Shown here one piece after another: positions 48,568 to 57,277 of a stretch of 64,000 nt of DNA. Position 1 is the first letter of the stretch. Each line of letters starts with the position of its first letter. This DNA is from Candidatus Limnocylindrales bacterium. GTDB lineage: Bacteria; Chloroflexota; Limnocylindria; Limnocylindrales; CSP1-4. The notes beneath the pieces are model-generated. The model searched no databases. It had not been told where the DNA came from and saw only the letters and a list, made by a program, of their open reading frames with translations. The DNA is taken from positions 24,153 to 88,152 of the forward strand of contig DATCGV010000007.1 of assembly GCA_036508755.1 (NCBI GenBank), in the 5' to 3' direction. The position numbers and the translations under genes were made by a program.

Positions 48568-49361
48568 CCGACAACCTGCTCGTCGAGCGCAGCGGCCCGG
48601 GCGGTGTCGTCGCCCGTGTCACGCTCAACCGGCCGGACGTGCACAACGCGTTCAATGCCGAGCTCATCGGCGAGCTGCGGTCCGTGTTTCGGCGGCTTTC
48701 CGACGAACGGGCCGAAACGCTCCGCGCCGTCGTCCTGGCTGGCGCCGGTCCGTCGTTCTGCGCCGGCGCGGACGTCAGCTGGATGCGCGCCTCGCTCGGA
48801 TTGACGCGCGAGCAGAACGAGCAGGACGCGATGGTCATGGCCGAGATGTTCGACGCGATCGACCGTTGCCCGGCACCGGTCATCGCGCGCGTGCACGGCG
48901 CCTCGCTCGGCGGCGGCATGGGCCTGTGCGCGGTGAGCGACCTGGTCATTACCGAAGCCGGCGCCAAGTTCGGCTTCACCGAGACGCGCCTGGGCATCCT
49001 GCCTTCGGTCATCGCTCCGTTCGTGATCGCCAAGATCGGCGAGACACACGCGCGCGCGCTATTTCCGTCCGGCAGGCGCTTCGACGCGACGCGCGCGCTG
49101 CGCATCGGCCTGGTCCACGAGCTCGTCGAGGGAGAACAGGCGCTCGATGCGGCCGTCGAGTCAGCCCTCAGCGATCTCCTGGCGGCAGGCCCGACAGCGG
49201 CTCGCGCTGCGAAGGCCATCGTGCGCGAGGTGCGCGGCCTGCCGCACGAGTCGACACGGTGGCACACGGCACGGCGCATCGCCGCTCAGCGCACCAGCCC
49301 CGAAGGCCAGGAAGGCCTGCGCGCCTTCCTCGAGAAGCGCGACCCTGGCTGGCGGCAGTAG
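48564..49361 (+). CDS. enoyl-CoA hydratase (methylglutaconyl-CoA hydratase-like)
   Basis: VTLNRPDVHNAF and GAGPSFCAGADVSWM (crotonase oxyanion region). GTGA overlap with the upstream gene. Confidence 0.85.
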   Translation: MTDNLLVERSGPGGVVARVTLNRPDVHNAFNAELIGELRSVFRRLSDERAETLRAVVLAGAGPSFCAGADVSWMRASLGLTREQNEQDAMVMAEMFDAIDRCPAPVIARVHGASLGGGMGLCAVSDLVITEAGAKFGFTETRLGILPSVIAPFVIAKIGETHARALFPSGRRFDATRALRIGLVHELVEGEQALDAAVESALSDLLAAGPTAARAAKAIVREVRGLPHESTRWHTARRIAAQRTSPEGQEGLRAFLEKRDPGWRQ

Positions 49362-49369
49362 GCCTTACC

Positions 49370-49873
49370 GTGGATGGCCCGTCCCGGCTGATCACGAGGC
49401 TGGTCTTTCTCGGCTGCTGAATGCTGACCGGCTGCTCGGGGTTGCCGAGCGCGGGTTCGTCGGCTAATCAGACTCCTTCGCCGAGCCCTGCAGCCAGCAC
49501 CTCGCCCACGGACACAGCCTCCGACATCGGTTGTGACCTTGGTGCCGGTGGGCTGGGAGTCGAGACACAACCAGGCGGCGACATCTCGACGACGCTCCAG
49601 AGCAAGATCGACCCGTATCTCGCGGCGCAGTAATCGGACCAATCGGTGCTCGGCGTGCAAAGAGTCCTCGCCCTAGGCGGAAACGTCCCACCGCTCATTG
49701 GCAAGGACGTGGTCGTGGTCCGACTTGGACCCGGGACCACCGTTCAGGCAGCTCCGGGACCGCCGTACAGCGATACGATCGTCAAGTGCAGCCTTGTCGT
49801 GTTCGACTCGTCCGATGGGACCTGGCTGACGACCTACGGACAGCGCGAGGCAGTTCCAACAGCGTCGCCGTGA
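49370..49873 (+). pseudogene. possible decayed lipoprotein gene (one frame, two in-frame stops)
   Basis: GTG 49370 gives VDGPSRLITRLVFLGC, then TGA (49418-49420). ORF 49421-49633 (MLTGCSG...) ends in TAA (49631-49633). ORF 49646-49873 continues in the same frame. Confidence 0.3.
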
Positions 49874-49889
49874 CTCTGAGCACACGATC

Positions 49890-51914
49890 TTGACCATGGA
49901 CCGCGACAAACGCGACATTCGCGGCGAGCCAACAGGACCGATAGGCCCGGGTGAGGCTGCTCGTCGCCTCGGTGTGAGCACGCGCACCGTCCAGCGCTGG
50001 CTGCGCGAGGGCAGGCTGCCGGCGGTCAATGTCGGCGCGCGGGTAAAGGTCGACCCAAGTGCGTTTGGTCAACGCGTCGGTGGCCCGCGATCTATCGGCC
50101 GCCTGCTTGTCGCCAACCGCGGCGAGCTCGTGGTGCGCATTGCGCGCACGTGCCGCCAGCTCGGGATCACGACTCTCGCACTCGTGGCCGAGGACCAGGC
50201 GCGCGCCTGGTGGACCAACGCCGCTGACGAGCTCGTGCCACTGCGCGGCACTTACCTCGACATGGCCGCGGTGCTCGACGCGGCCCACGCCGCGGGTGCC
50301 GATGCGATCCATCCGGGCTATGGCTTCCTCGCCGAGAACGCCGACTTCGCCGAGGCCGTCATCGAAGCGGGCATCGTGTGGGTCGGGCCGCGACCCGAAG
50401 CGATGCGCGCGCTGGGCGACAAGGCAGCCGCACGCCGGCTGGCTGCGAGCATCAGCGTGCCGGTCCTGCCCGGCTACGACGGCAGCGACCAGTCGGACGC
50501 GAAGCTGCTGCGCGAGGCGCGGCGGATCGGCTTCCCCGTCCTCGTCAAGCCGAGCGCGGGCGGCGGTGGCAAGGGGATGCACGTCCTCCAACGAGCACGC
50601 GATTTCGAGGAGACGATCGCCCGCGCGCGACGCGAGGCGCGCGGCGCGTTCGGCGACGAGCGGCTCATCCTGGAGCGCTACCTGGCACGGCCGCGCCACA
50701 TCGAGGTCCAGCTCCTGGGTGACGAGCTCGGCAACGTGATCCACCTTGGAGAGCGCGAGTGCTCGCTCCAGCGCCGCCATCAGAAGGTGATGGAAGAGGC
50801 ACCGTCGCCGGTCGTCGACGAGGCACTGCGCGCGCGCCTGGGCGAGGCAGCGCTATCACTCGCGCGCGCGGCCGGCTATTCCAACGCGGGCACGGCCGAG
50901 TTCCTGCTGGCACCCGACGGCAGCTTCTACTTCCTCGAGCTCAATGCGCGGCTGCAGGTCGAGCACCCCGTCACGGAGATGGTCACAGGCCTCGATCTCG
51001 TGGCGCTCCAGCTTGCCGTCGCTTCCGGTCAGTCGCTGCCAATGGCGCAAGGTGACGTCCGCTTGAGCGGGCACGCCGTCGAGGCGCGGCTGTACGCGGA
51101 GGACGCCGAGCACGACTTCGTTCCGGCCACGGGCGAGGTGCTCGAGACGCGCTGGCCCGCTGGCGACGGAGTGCGGGTCGACGCTGGTATCGCCGCCGGC
51201 GACGTGGTCGGCACCCGATATGACCCCTTGCTCGCCAAGCTGGTCGCCCACGCGGCCGACCGACCAGCGGCTTTCGACCTGCTGCGCGACGAGCTTGATC
51301 ACGCGAGCGTTCTCGGGGTGACCACCAACCGCGGGTTTCTGGCATGGCTGGCGCGCGACACGGACGTCCGCGCCGGAACGATGTGGACCACGTTCATCGA
51401 CGAGCGCTGGCAGCCATCCGAGCATGACTTGGCAGATAGCGTTTGGGCTGAGGCAGCTACGCTCTTGCTCGAGCCCAAAGCGCACGCCGGCTTCAGGCTC
51501 AACGCGCTTCCGCGCGTCCGGCTTTCGATCGCCGGCGAAACACGCAGCGTCGACGCGGCCACGCGGGGCGACGCTGCGCACGCGACCCTTGGGGATGGAT
51601 CGATCGTGCTCGATATCGACGGTCAGGCCGTGAGCGCGGCGATCGCGCCGCCGCCGACGGTGGAGACCGCCTTGCGCCACGCAGCGCACGAGGGCGGCGG
51701 CGCCGCGTCGGTCCGAGCGCCCATGCCCGGGACCGTGATCGCTGTGCATGTCAGCGAGGGCGACGCTGTCGAAGCCGGTCAGGTGCTGGTCCTGCTCGAG
51801 GCAATGAAGATGGAGAACGCGGTGCCGGCCCCAGGCGCGGGCCGAGTTTCGCGCGTACTTGTCGTGCCCGGCCAGCAGGTCCAGCGCGCCGAGACGCTCG
51901 TCGAGCTGGATTAG
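49890..51914 (+). CDS. acyl-CoA carboxylase alpha subunit (biotin carboxylase + BCCP) with N-terminal excisionase-type HTH domain
   Basis: LLVANRGELVVRIARTC. ATP-grasp body. Biotinyl motif EAMKMEN near the C-terminus. Residues about 21-57, GEAARRLGVSTRTVQRWLREGRLPAVNVGARVKVDPS, match the HTH_17/MerR-superfamily pattern. Confidence 0.85.
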   Translation: MTMDRDKRDIRGEPTGPIGPGEAARRLGVSTRTVQRWLREGRLPAVNVGARVKVDPSAFGQRVGGPRSIGRLLVANRGELVVRIARTCRQLGITTLALVAEDQARAWWTNAADELVPLRGTYLDMAAVLDAAHAAGADAIHPGYGFLAENADFAEAVIEAGIVWVGPRPEAMRALGDKAAARRLAASISVPVLPGYDGSDQSDAKLLREARRIGFPVLVKPSAGGGGKGMHVLQRARDFEETIARARREARGAFGDERLILERYLARPRHIEVQLLGDELGNVIHLGERECSLQRRHQKVMEEAPSPVVDEALRARLGEAALSLARAAGYSNAGTAEFLLAPDGSFYFLELNARLQVEHPVTEMVTGLDLVALQLAVASGQSLPMAQGDVRLSGHAVEARLYAEDAEHDFVPATGEVLETRWPAGDGVRVDAGIAAGDVVGTRYDPLLAKLVAHAADRPAAFDLLRDELDHASVLGVTTNRGFLAWLARDTDVRAGTMWTTFIDERWQPSEHDLADSVWAEAATLLLEPKAHAGFRLNALPRVRLSIAGETRSVDAATRGDAAHATLGDGSIVLDIDGQAVSAAIAPPPTVETALRHAAHEGGGAASVRAPMPGTVIAVHVSEGDAVEAGQVLVLLEAMKMENAVPAPGAGRVSRVLVVPGQQVQRAETLVELD

Positions 51915-51923
51915 CCTTCGACC

Positions 51924-52853
51924 ATGGCACTGCCACGATCCGTGCGCATCTACGAGGTCGGCCCGCGCGACGGCCTGCAGAACGAGGCCACGCCGGTCTC
52001 GACCGAGACCAAGCTGCAGTACATAACGCTCCTCGCGGCCGCTGGTTTGACCGAGATCGAAGCCACCAGCTTCGTGGCGCCCAAGGCAATTCCGCAGCTG
52101 GCTGACGCAGACGCGCTGCTGCCGCTCCTCCCCGAGCGCGGACGAATCCGCTACCCGGTCCTCGTCCCCAACGAGCGCGGCATGGATCGGGCCGTCGCGG
52201 CCGGCGCGGACGCGCTCGCGGTGTTCACCGCGGCGAGCGACGAGTTCACGCGGAACAACATCGGCGTGACCATCGACGAGTCGCTGGCTGCCTTCCGTCC
52301 GGTGCTCGATCGGGCGACGCAGCTCGGTTGGTGGAAGCGCGCCTACGTCTCGACCGCCTTCGGCTGCCCCTTCTCGGGCCGTGTCGCGGTGGGTTCCGTC
52401 GTCGACGTCAGCCTGCACCTGCTTGACCTCGGCGCCGACGAGATCTGCCTGGGCGACACAATCGGCGTCGGTGTGCCGGCGCAGGTTCACGAATTGACGC
52501 AGGCCGTCACCAGCGCCGGCGTGCCGCTCGACAGGCTCGCCTACCACTTCCATGACACGCGCGGCACGGCCCTGGCAAACGTTGTCGCCGGCCTCGAAGA
52601 CGGCGTCTCGTGCTTCGATTCGTCGACCGGCGGAACGGGCGGCTGCCCCTACGCGCCCGGTGCCGCCGGCAATCTGGCGACCGAGGACCTCGTGTACATG
52701 CTCGACGCGATGGCTATCGAGCACGGCGTCAAGCTGCCCCAGGTGCTCGAGGCCGCGCGCTTCATTGCCACCGCCCTGGGCAAAGCCCTGGCCAGCAAGG
52801 TCGGCCAGGCTGGTGGCTGGGATCCCGAGACGGGAGCGCGGACCGGGGTCTAG
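51924..52853 (+). CDS. hydroxymethylglutaryl-CoA lyase
   Basis: IYEVGPRDGLQNE, DTIGVGVP and HFHDTRGTALANV. Confidence 0.9.
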   Translation: MALPRSVRIYEVGPRDGLQNEATPVSTETKLQYITLLAAAGLTEIEATSFVAPKAIPQLADADALLPLLPERGRIRYPVLVPNERGMDRAVAAGADALAVFTAASDEFTRNNIGVTIDESLAAFRPVLDRATQLGWWKRAYVSTAFGCPFSGRVAVGSVVDVSLHLLDLGADEICLGDTIGVGVPAQVHELTQAVTSAGVPLDRLAYHFHDTRGTALANVVAGLEDGVSCFDSSTGGTGGCPYAPGAAGNLATEDLVYMLDAMAIEHGVKLPQVLEAARFIATALGKALASKVGQAGGWDPETGARTGV

Positions 52854-53917
52854 TCCGCGGCCGAGAGCGCGGCCCGCACCTGCTGGGTGATGGCCGCGTC
52901 GTTGTCGCCGAGCAGGATCAGCACGTTCTTGCGCGCGAGCCAGCTATCGGCACTGACGCCAGCCGACAACCCGACGCACCTGTTGGCCGCGTCGAAGCTG
53001 GACAGGCTTTCCGCTGCACGTTGGATGTCGCGCCCGGCATCGATTCTCTCCACGGTGCTCGGAAACAGCATCACCAGGCGAACAGGCAGCGAGGTAGTGG
53101 CGGCGCGCGAAACGCTGGCCACGGATGCGAGATAGGTCTGGGACGGCCACGAAACCGGGCAGGATGTCGCTTCCAGGAAGGGCTGGAAGTCCATGTCCGG
53201 AAACGCATGTGAGAGGGAGCCCAGAGTCGAGATCGAGCTGAGTGGGTCGGCTGCGGTAAGCGGGTCGCCGGTCCAGATGATGCTGTCCGCTTCCAACCAG
53301 AGCGAGCAGGCGAGGTTGTCGTGAATCGGGCACGACGAGGTCTGCGTCGTGGTCCCTTGCAGGATGCGTGGTCCGCGGTCGCCCATCCAGAAAGGCGTCC
53401 CGGTCACGATCATCGATTTGCCGCGCGGTGAGCCGGCAGGATCGTCGGACAGGGTCGCGCTCGGGCAGACCGTCGAGTCGGCCTGACAAAGGGTCGAGTG
53501 GTACCAACCGCCGACGAGGACCATTGCGCCGGCCGGCAAGGCAAGCGCGTCCTCCACACGCAGGACCGGCCTGCCGTCATATGACGTCGGCAGTCCATCG
53601 ACGAAACGCAGGCCGCCAGAGCGCTGACCGAATGCCGAGACGAGGCCCGCAGGACTGGTCTCGGGTTGAGGTTCCGGAAGCACAATCGCAGTCGGCACTG
53701 GTTGCTCGTATGCCGAAGCGCTGGGCGTCGGTCCAGGCCCGACCGCCACGATTGGCGCAGGCGTCGTCAGCGTCGGGCGTGGACTATCGATTCCGGATCG
53801 GCCGAGATAGATGACGCCGCCGAGCACGATTGCCACGCCCAAGGCCGGCAACAGCCACGCCCGTGAGCGAGCGGTGCGCTCAAGCGGGGTCGGATCGACC
53901 ACATCGTCCTGTTTCAT
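52850..53917 (-). CDS. hypothetical membrane-anchored extracytoplasmic protein
   Basis: Start taken at ATG 53917 (MKQDDVV...). TM helix WLLPALGVAIVLGGVIYL. No motif. Confidence 0.5.
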   Translation of the reverse strand: MKQDDVVDPTPLERTARSRAWLLPALGVAIVLGGVIYLGRSGIDSPRPTLTTPAPIVAVGPGPTPSASAYEQPVPTAIVLPEPQPETSPAGLVSAFGQRSGGLRFVDGLPTSYDGRPVLRVEDALALPAGAMVLVGGWYHSTLCQADSTVCPSATLSDDPAGSPRGKSMIVTGTPFWMGDRGPRILQGTTTQTSSCPIHDNLACSLWLEADSIIWTGDPLTAADPLSSISTLGSLSHAFPDMDFQPFLEATSCPVSWPSQTYLASVASVSRAATTSLPVRLVMLFPSTVERIDAGRDIQRAAESLSSFDAANRCVGLSAGVSADSWLARKNVLILLGDNDAAITQQVRAALSAAD

Positions 53918-54015
53918 CCGTCCACCGTGTGACATTGTGACTCGGCCGTGTCCACGCTCGATTTTGCTACGATGCAAGCGTCGTTCGGCCGAGTCCCGGC
54001 TGGCCTCAGGGAGTC

Positions 54016-54531
54016 ATGGATTTCGCGGTACTGCTGCTCAACTCGGATTACGAGCCGCTGAACGTCTGCAACGTCCGGCGCGCCTTCCGCCTCGTCTTCG
54101 CCGAGAAGGCCGAGGTCATCCACTACGACCACCATGACATCCGCACCGCGACGGCAGTCTTCCGCGCGCCGAGCGTCATCCGCCTGCACCATCGCGTCAA
54201 GCGTCCACGGCCGCGCGTCCGCCTGAGCCGGCGCGAGATTTTCATCCGCGACAAGCACACGTGCCAGTACTGCGGCGCCCAGACCGGCGACCTGACCCTT
54301 GACCATGTCATCCCGCGCCACCGTGGCGGGGCCCACACTTGGGACAACCTCGTCGCCGCGTGCAAGACGTGCAACCACCGCAAGGGCGGCCGCTTCGTCG
54401 ACGAGGCGCGCATGCGCCTGATGCGCCAGCCGTTCGAGCCGCGCTGCGACGTCTACACGCTCTTCACGCCGTACCTGTCCGACCCGCGCAACGAGCCCTG
54501 GCGCGACTATCTCTTCGTCGGCCGCAACTGA
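54016..54531 (+). CDS. HNH endonuclease family protein
   Basis: CQYCG...DHVIPRHRGG...WDNLVAACKTCNHRKG. Confidence 0.85.
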   Translation: MDFAVLLLNSDYEPLNVCNVRRAFRLVFAEKAEVIHYDHHDIRTATAVFRAPSVIRLHHRVKRPRPRVRLSRREIFIRDKHTCQYCGAQTGDLTLDHVIPRHRGGAHTWDNLVAACKTCNHRKGGRFVDEARMRLMRQPFEPRCDVYTLFTPYLSDPRNEPWRDYLFVGRN

Positions 54532-54550
54532 GCGCTCGGGCGCGAGCTCG

Positions 54551-55912
54551 ATGAGCGAACTTGCCGTTCCTGACGGCGTCCTGGCCGTGCTCGAGACGCT
54601 CTGGTCGAGCGGATTTGGTGCGTATCTCGTGGGCGGTGGCGTGCGCGACACGCTCCTCGGTCGAAGCGTTCCAGGCGACTGGGACGTGGCCACTTCGGGC
54701 CGTCCCGAGGAGGTCAAACAGGCACTCCCCGCCGGACGCTACGAGAACCGCTTTGGCACGGTCACGCTCGATGTCGCGCCGTACACGGTCGAGATCACCA
54801 CGTTCCGGCGCGACCACCAGTACGCCGATCACCGCCGGCCCGACTCGGTGACGTTCACTGATTCGCTCGACGAGGACCTCGCTCGACGCGATTTCACTGT
54901 CAACGCCATCGCCTGGGGGCGCGAGCCAACTCAAGGCGCGGCCCATTTCGAGGATCCGACCAACGGAATGGCCGATGTCCAGGCTCGACTGCTGCGCGCC
55001 GTTGGCGAGCCGGCCAAGCGCTTCGACGAGGACGGCCTGCGCCTGCTGCGCGCGGCGCGTTTCGCAGGTCAGCTTGGCTTTGAGATCGAGCCCGCGACGC
55101 GCACCGGCATGACCGACAAGGCAGAGGTCGTTCGTTGGGTGTCTCAGGAGCGCGTCGGCGGCGAGCTCCGGCGGATGGTGGCCGCGAACCCACCGTCAGT
55201 CGCGTTCGTCGTTCTTGACCAGACCGGCGTCCTGACTCACGCCCTGCCGGAGCTCGCAACCCAGCGCGGCGTGGCCCAGGACAAGCTGCCCGGCATGGAC
55301 CTCTGGGCGCACAGCCTGGCCACGCTCGACGCGGCGGCCAGGATCGATCCGGACAATGAGCCGCTGCGCCTGGCCGCTCTGCTCCACGACGTGGGCAAGC
55401 CGAGCACCTTCGCCGACGGCCACTTCGTCGGTCACGACGCCGAGGGCGCCCGGATGGCCGCGGAGCTTCTGGCGCGGCTCGCGTTCCCACGGCGCGAGAT
55501 CGAGCCCATCGCTGCGCTGATCGGGAACCACATGTTCAACTACGAGCCGCGCTGGAGTGGCGCGGCCGTGCGCCGCTTCATACGCCGCGTCGGGCGCGCC
55601 AGGGTTGACGACCTTCTCATGCTGCGTGCCGCTGACAACGTGGGCAGCGGTCTCGCGCCCGACGCGGGCCGGCTGGCCGAGCTGCGCCGGCGCATCGACG
55701 ACGAGCTGCGCTCCAACCCGCCGCTCAGCCTGGCCGACCTGGCGGTACGCGGCGACGACCTGACACGTGAGCTGAAAATCCGGCCCGGTCCGGTCGTCGG
55801 CCGCGTGCTCGAGCGTCTGTTGCGCCTGGTGATTGCCGATCCCGCGCAGAACCGGCCCGACCTGCTCTTCGAACATGCACGTGACTGGCTGAAGCGCGAT
55901 GAACGTCGCTAA
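54551..55912 (+). CDS. cca: CCA-adding tRNA nucleotidyltransferase with HD domain
   Basis: YLVGGGVRDTLLG and DWDVAT head domain. HD motif LLHDVGKP. Confidence 0.88.
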   Translation: MSELAVPDGVLAVLETLWSSGFGAYLVGGGVRDTLLGRSVPGDWDVATSGRPEEVKQALPAGRYENRFGTVTLDVAPYTVEITTFRRDHQYADHRRPDSVTFTDSLDEDLARRDFTVNAIAWGREPTQGAAHFEDPTNGMADVQARLLRAVGEPAKRFDEDGLRLLRAARFAGQLGFEIEPATRTGMTDKAEVVRWVSQERVGGELRRMVAANPPSVAFVVLDQTGVLTHALPELATQRGVAQDKLPGMDLWAHSLATLDAAARIDPDNEPLRLAALLHDVGKPSTFADGHFVGHDAEGARMAAELLARLAFPRREIEPIAALIGNHMFNYEPRWSGAAVRRFIRRVGRARVDDLLMLRAADNVGSGLAPDAGRLAELRRRIDDELRSNPPLSLADLAVRGDDLTRELKIRPGPVVGRVLERLLRLVIADPAQNRPDLLFEHARDWLKRDERR

Positions 55913-56288
55913 CTACGAGAAGCAGATCCAGGCCGACCGGCTGCTGACCTACGGCCTGCTCGACCAGGCCGAGAAGCTGTACGAGGAAGTGCTGGCCGCG
56001 GAGCCGAGCAACGTCGAGGTCGCATTCGGCCTGGCACGCGTCGCGCTGGAGCGCGGCGACGAGCAGCTCGCCCACGAGCGGGTCAGGCGCGCGCTGACGA
56101 TCAACCCGCGCTTCGATGACGCGGTCAGGCTCGAACAGCGCCTGTCCGAGATCATTGCCGCACGCCAGGCCGGCGCTGCACATCAACCGGCGCCGGTCAT
56201 CCGTCCCTCCGAGCAGGCCACCTTCGCGCGGAATCGGTCGATGGCCGATCATCGGGCGATCGAAAGCAAGAGGAACGAGCAGAAGTGA
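55899..56288 (+). CDS. small tetratricopeptide-repeat protein
   Basis: LLDQAEKLYEEVLAAEPSNVEVAFGLARVALERGDEQLAHERVRRALTINP. 14-nt overlap with cca and GTGA overlap with galE. Confidence 0.65.
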   Translation: MNVANYEKQIQADRLLTYGLLDQAEKLYEEVLAAEPSNVEVAFGLARVALERGDEQLAHERVRRALTINPRFDDAVRLEQRLSEIIAARQAGAAHQPAPVIRPSEQATFARNRSMADHRAIESKRNEQK

Positions 56289-57277
56289 GAGTTCTCGTCA
56301 CCGGCGGCGCCGGCTTCGTCGGCAGCACCACGGCACAGCGCCTGATCGAGGCGGGCCACGAAGTCGTCGTGCTTGACACACTGCTGCGCGGCTTTCGCGC
56401 CGCCGTGCCGCCAGGGGCCAGCCTGGTCGTCGGTGACATCGGCGACGCCGATCTGGTGACCCGCACCTTGCGCGAGCGGCACATCGACGCAATCGTGCAT
56501 TGCGGCGCCATGGGCCTCGTTCCCGAGTCGGTGACCCAGCCCGATATCTATTACCGCGTCAACGTCGTCGGCGGCATGACGATGCTCGAGTCGATGCGCG
56601 CGGCTGGCGTGCGCCGGATCGTGTTCAGCTCATCGGCCGCTGTCTACGGTGAGCCCGAGCAGACGCCGATCCAGGAGGACCAGCCGCTGCGACCGATCAG
56701 CCCGTATGGCGACACCAAGCGTGCGTTCGAAGGCATGCTCACCTCGTTCACGCGTGCCTATGGCATGGCCGCCGTCTCGCTGCGCTACTTCAACGCTGCC
56801 GGAGCGACTGACAAGCTGGGCGAGGACCATCGGCCCGAGACCCACCTCATCCCGAACATCCTGTGCGCAGTGAGCCGCGCGGAGACGATCAAGATCTTCG
56901 GCAACGACTACCCGACCCCGGACGGCACGTGCATCCGCGACTACATCCACGTCGACGACCTCGCCGCGGCCCATGCGGCCGCGCTCGAGTTCACATCCCG
57001 TGCCGAGAACGGGCACACCGCGCTGAACCTGGGCTCCGGCAGCGGCTATTCGGTCCTCCAGGTCCTGAACGCTGCAGAGCAGGTGCTCGGGCATCCGATC
57101 GACCACGAGCTCACGCCCCGTCGCGCCGGCGATCCGCCCGTGCTGGTCGCCAGCAACGAGCGCGCACGCGAGGTGCTGGGCTGGCAGCCACAGCGCGGTA
57201 TCGAGGACATGATCGAGTCGGCGTGGCGCTGGCGGCAGGATCATCCGAACGGATACGACGAGGCCGCAAGGGGTTGA
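56285..57277 (+). CDS. galE: UDP-glucose 4-epimerase
   Basis: VLVTGGAGFVGS Rossmann motif and catalytic YxxxK in SPYGDTKRAFE. About 330 aa of SDR-extended family. Confidence 0.88.
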   Translation: MRVLVTGGAGFVGSTTAQRLIEAGHEVVVLDTLLRGFRAAVPPGASLVVGDIGDADLVTRTLRERHIDAIVHCGAMGLVPESVTQPDIYYRVNVVGGMTMLESMRAAGVRRIVFSSSAAVYGEPEQTPIQEDQPLRPISPYGDTKRAFEGMLTSFTRAYGMAAVSLRYFNAAGATDKLGEDHRPETHLIPNILCAVSRAETIKIFGNDYPTPDGTCIRDYIHVDDLAAAHAAALEFTSRAENGHTALNLGSGSGYSVLQVLNAAEQVLGHPIDHELTPRRAGDPPVLVASNERAREVLGWQPQRGIEDMIESAWRWRQDHPNGYDEAARG

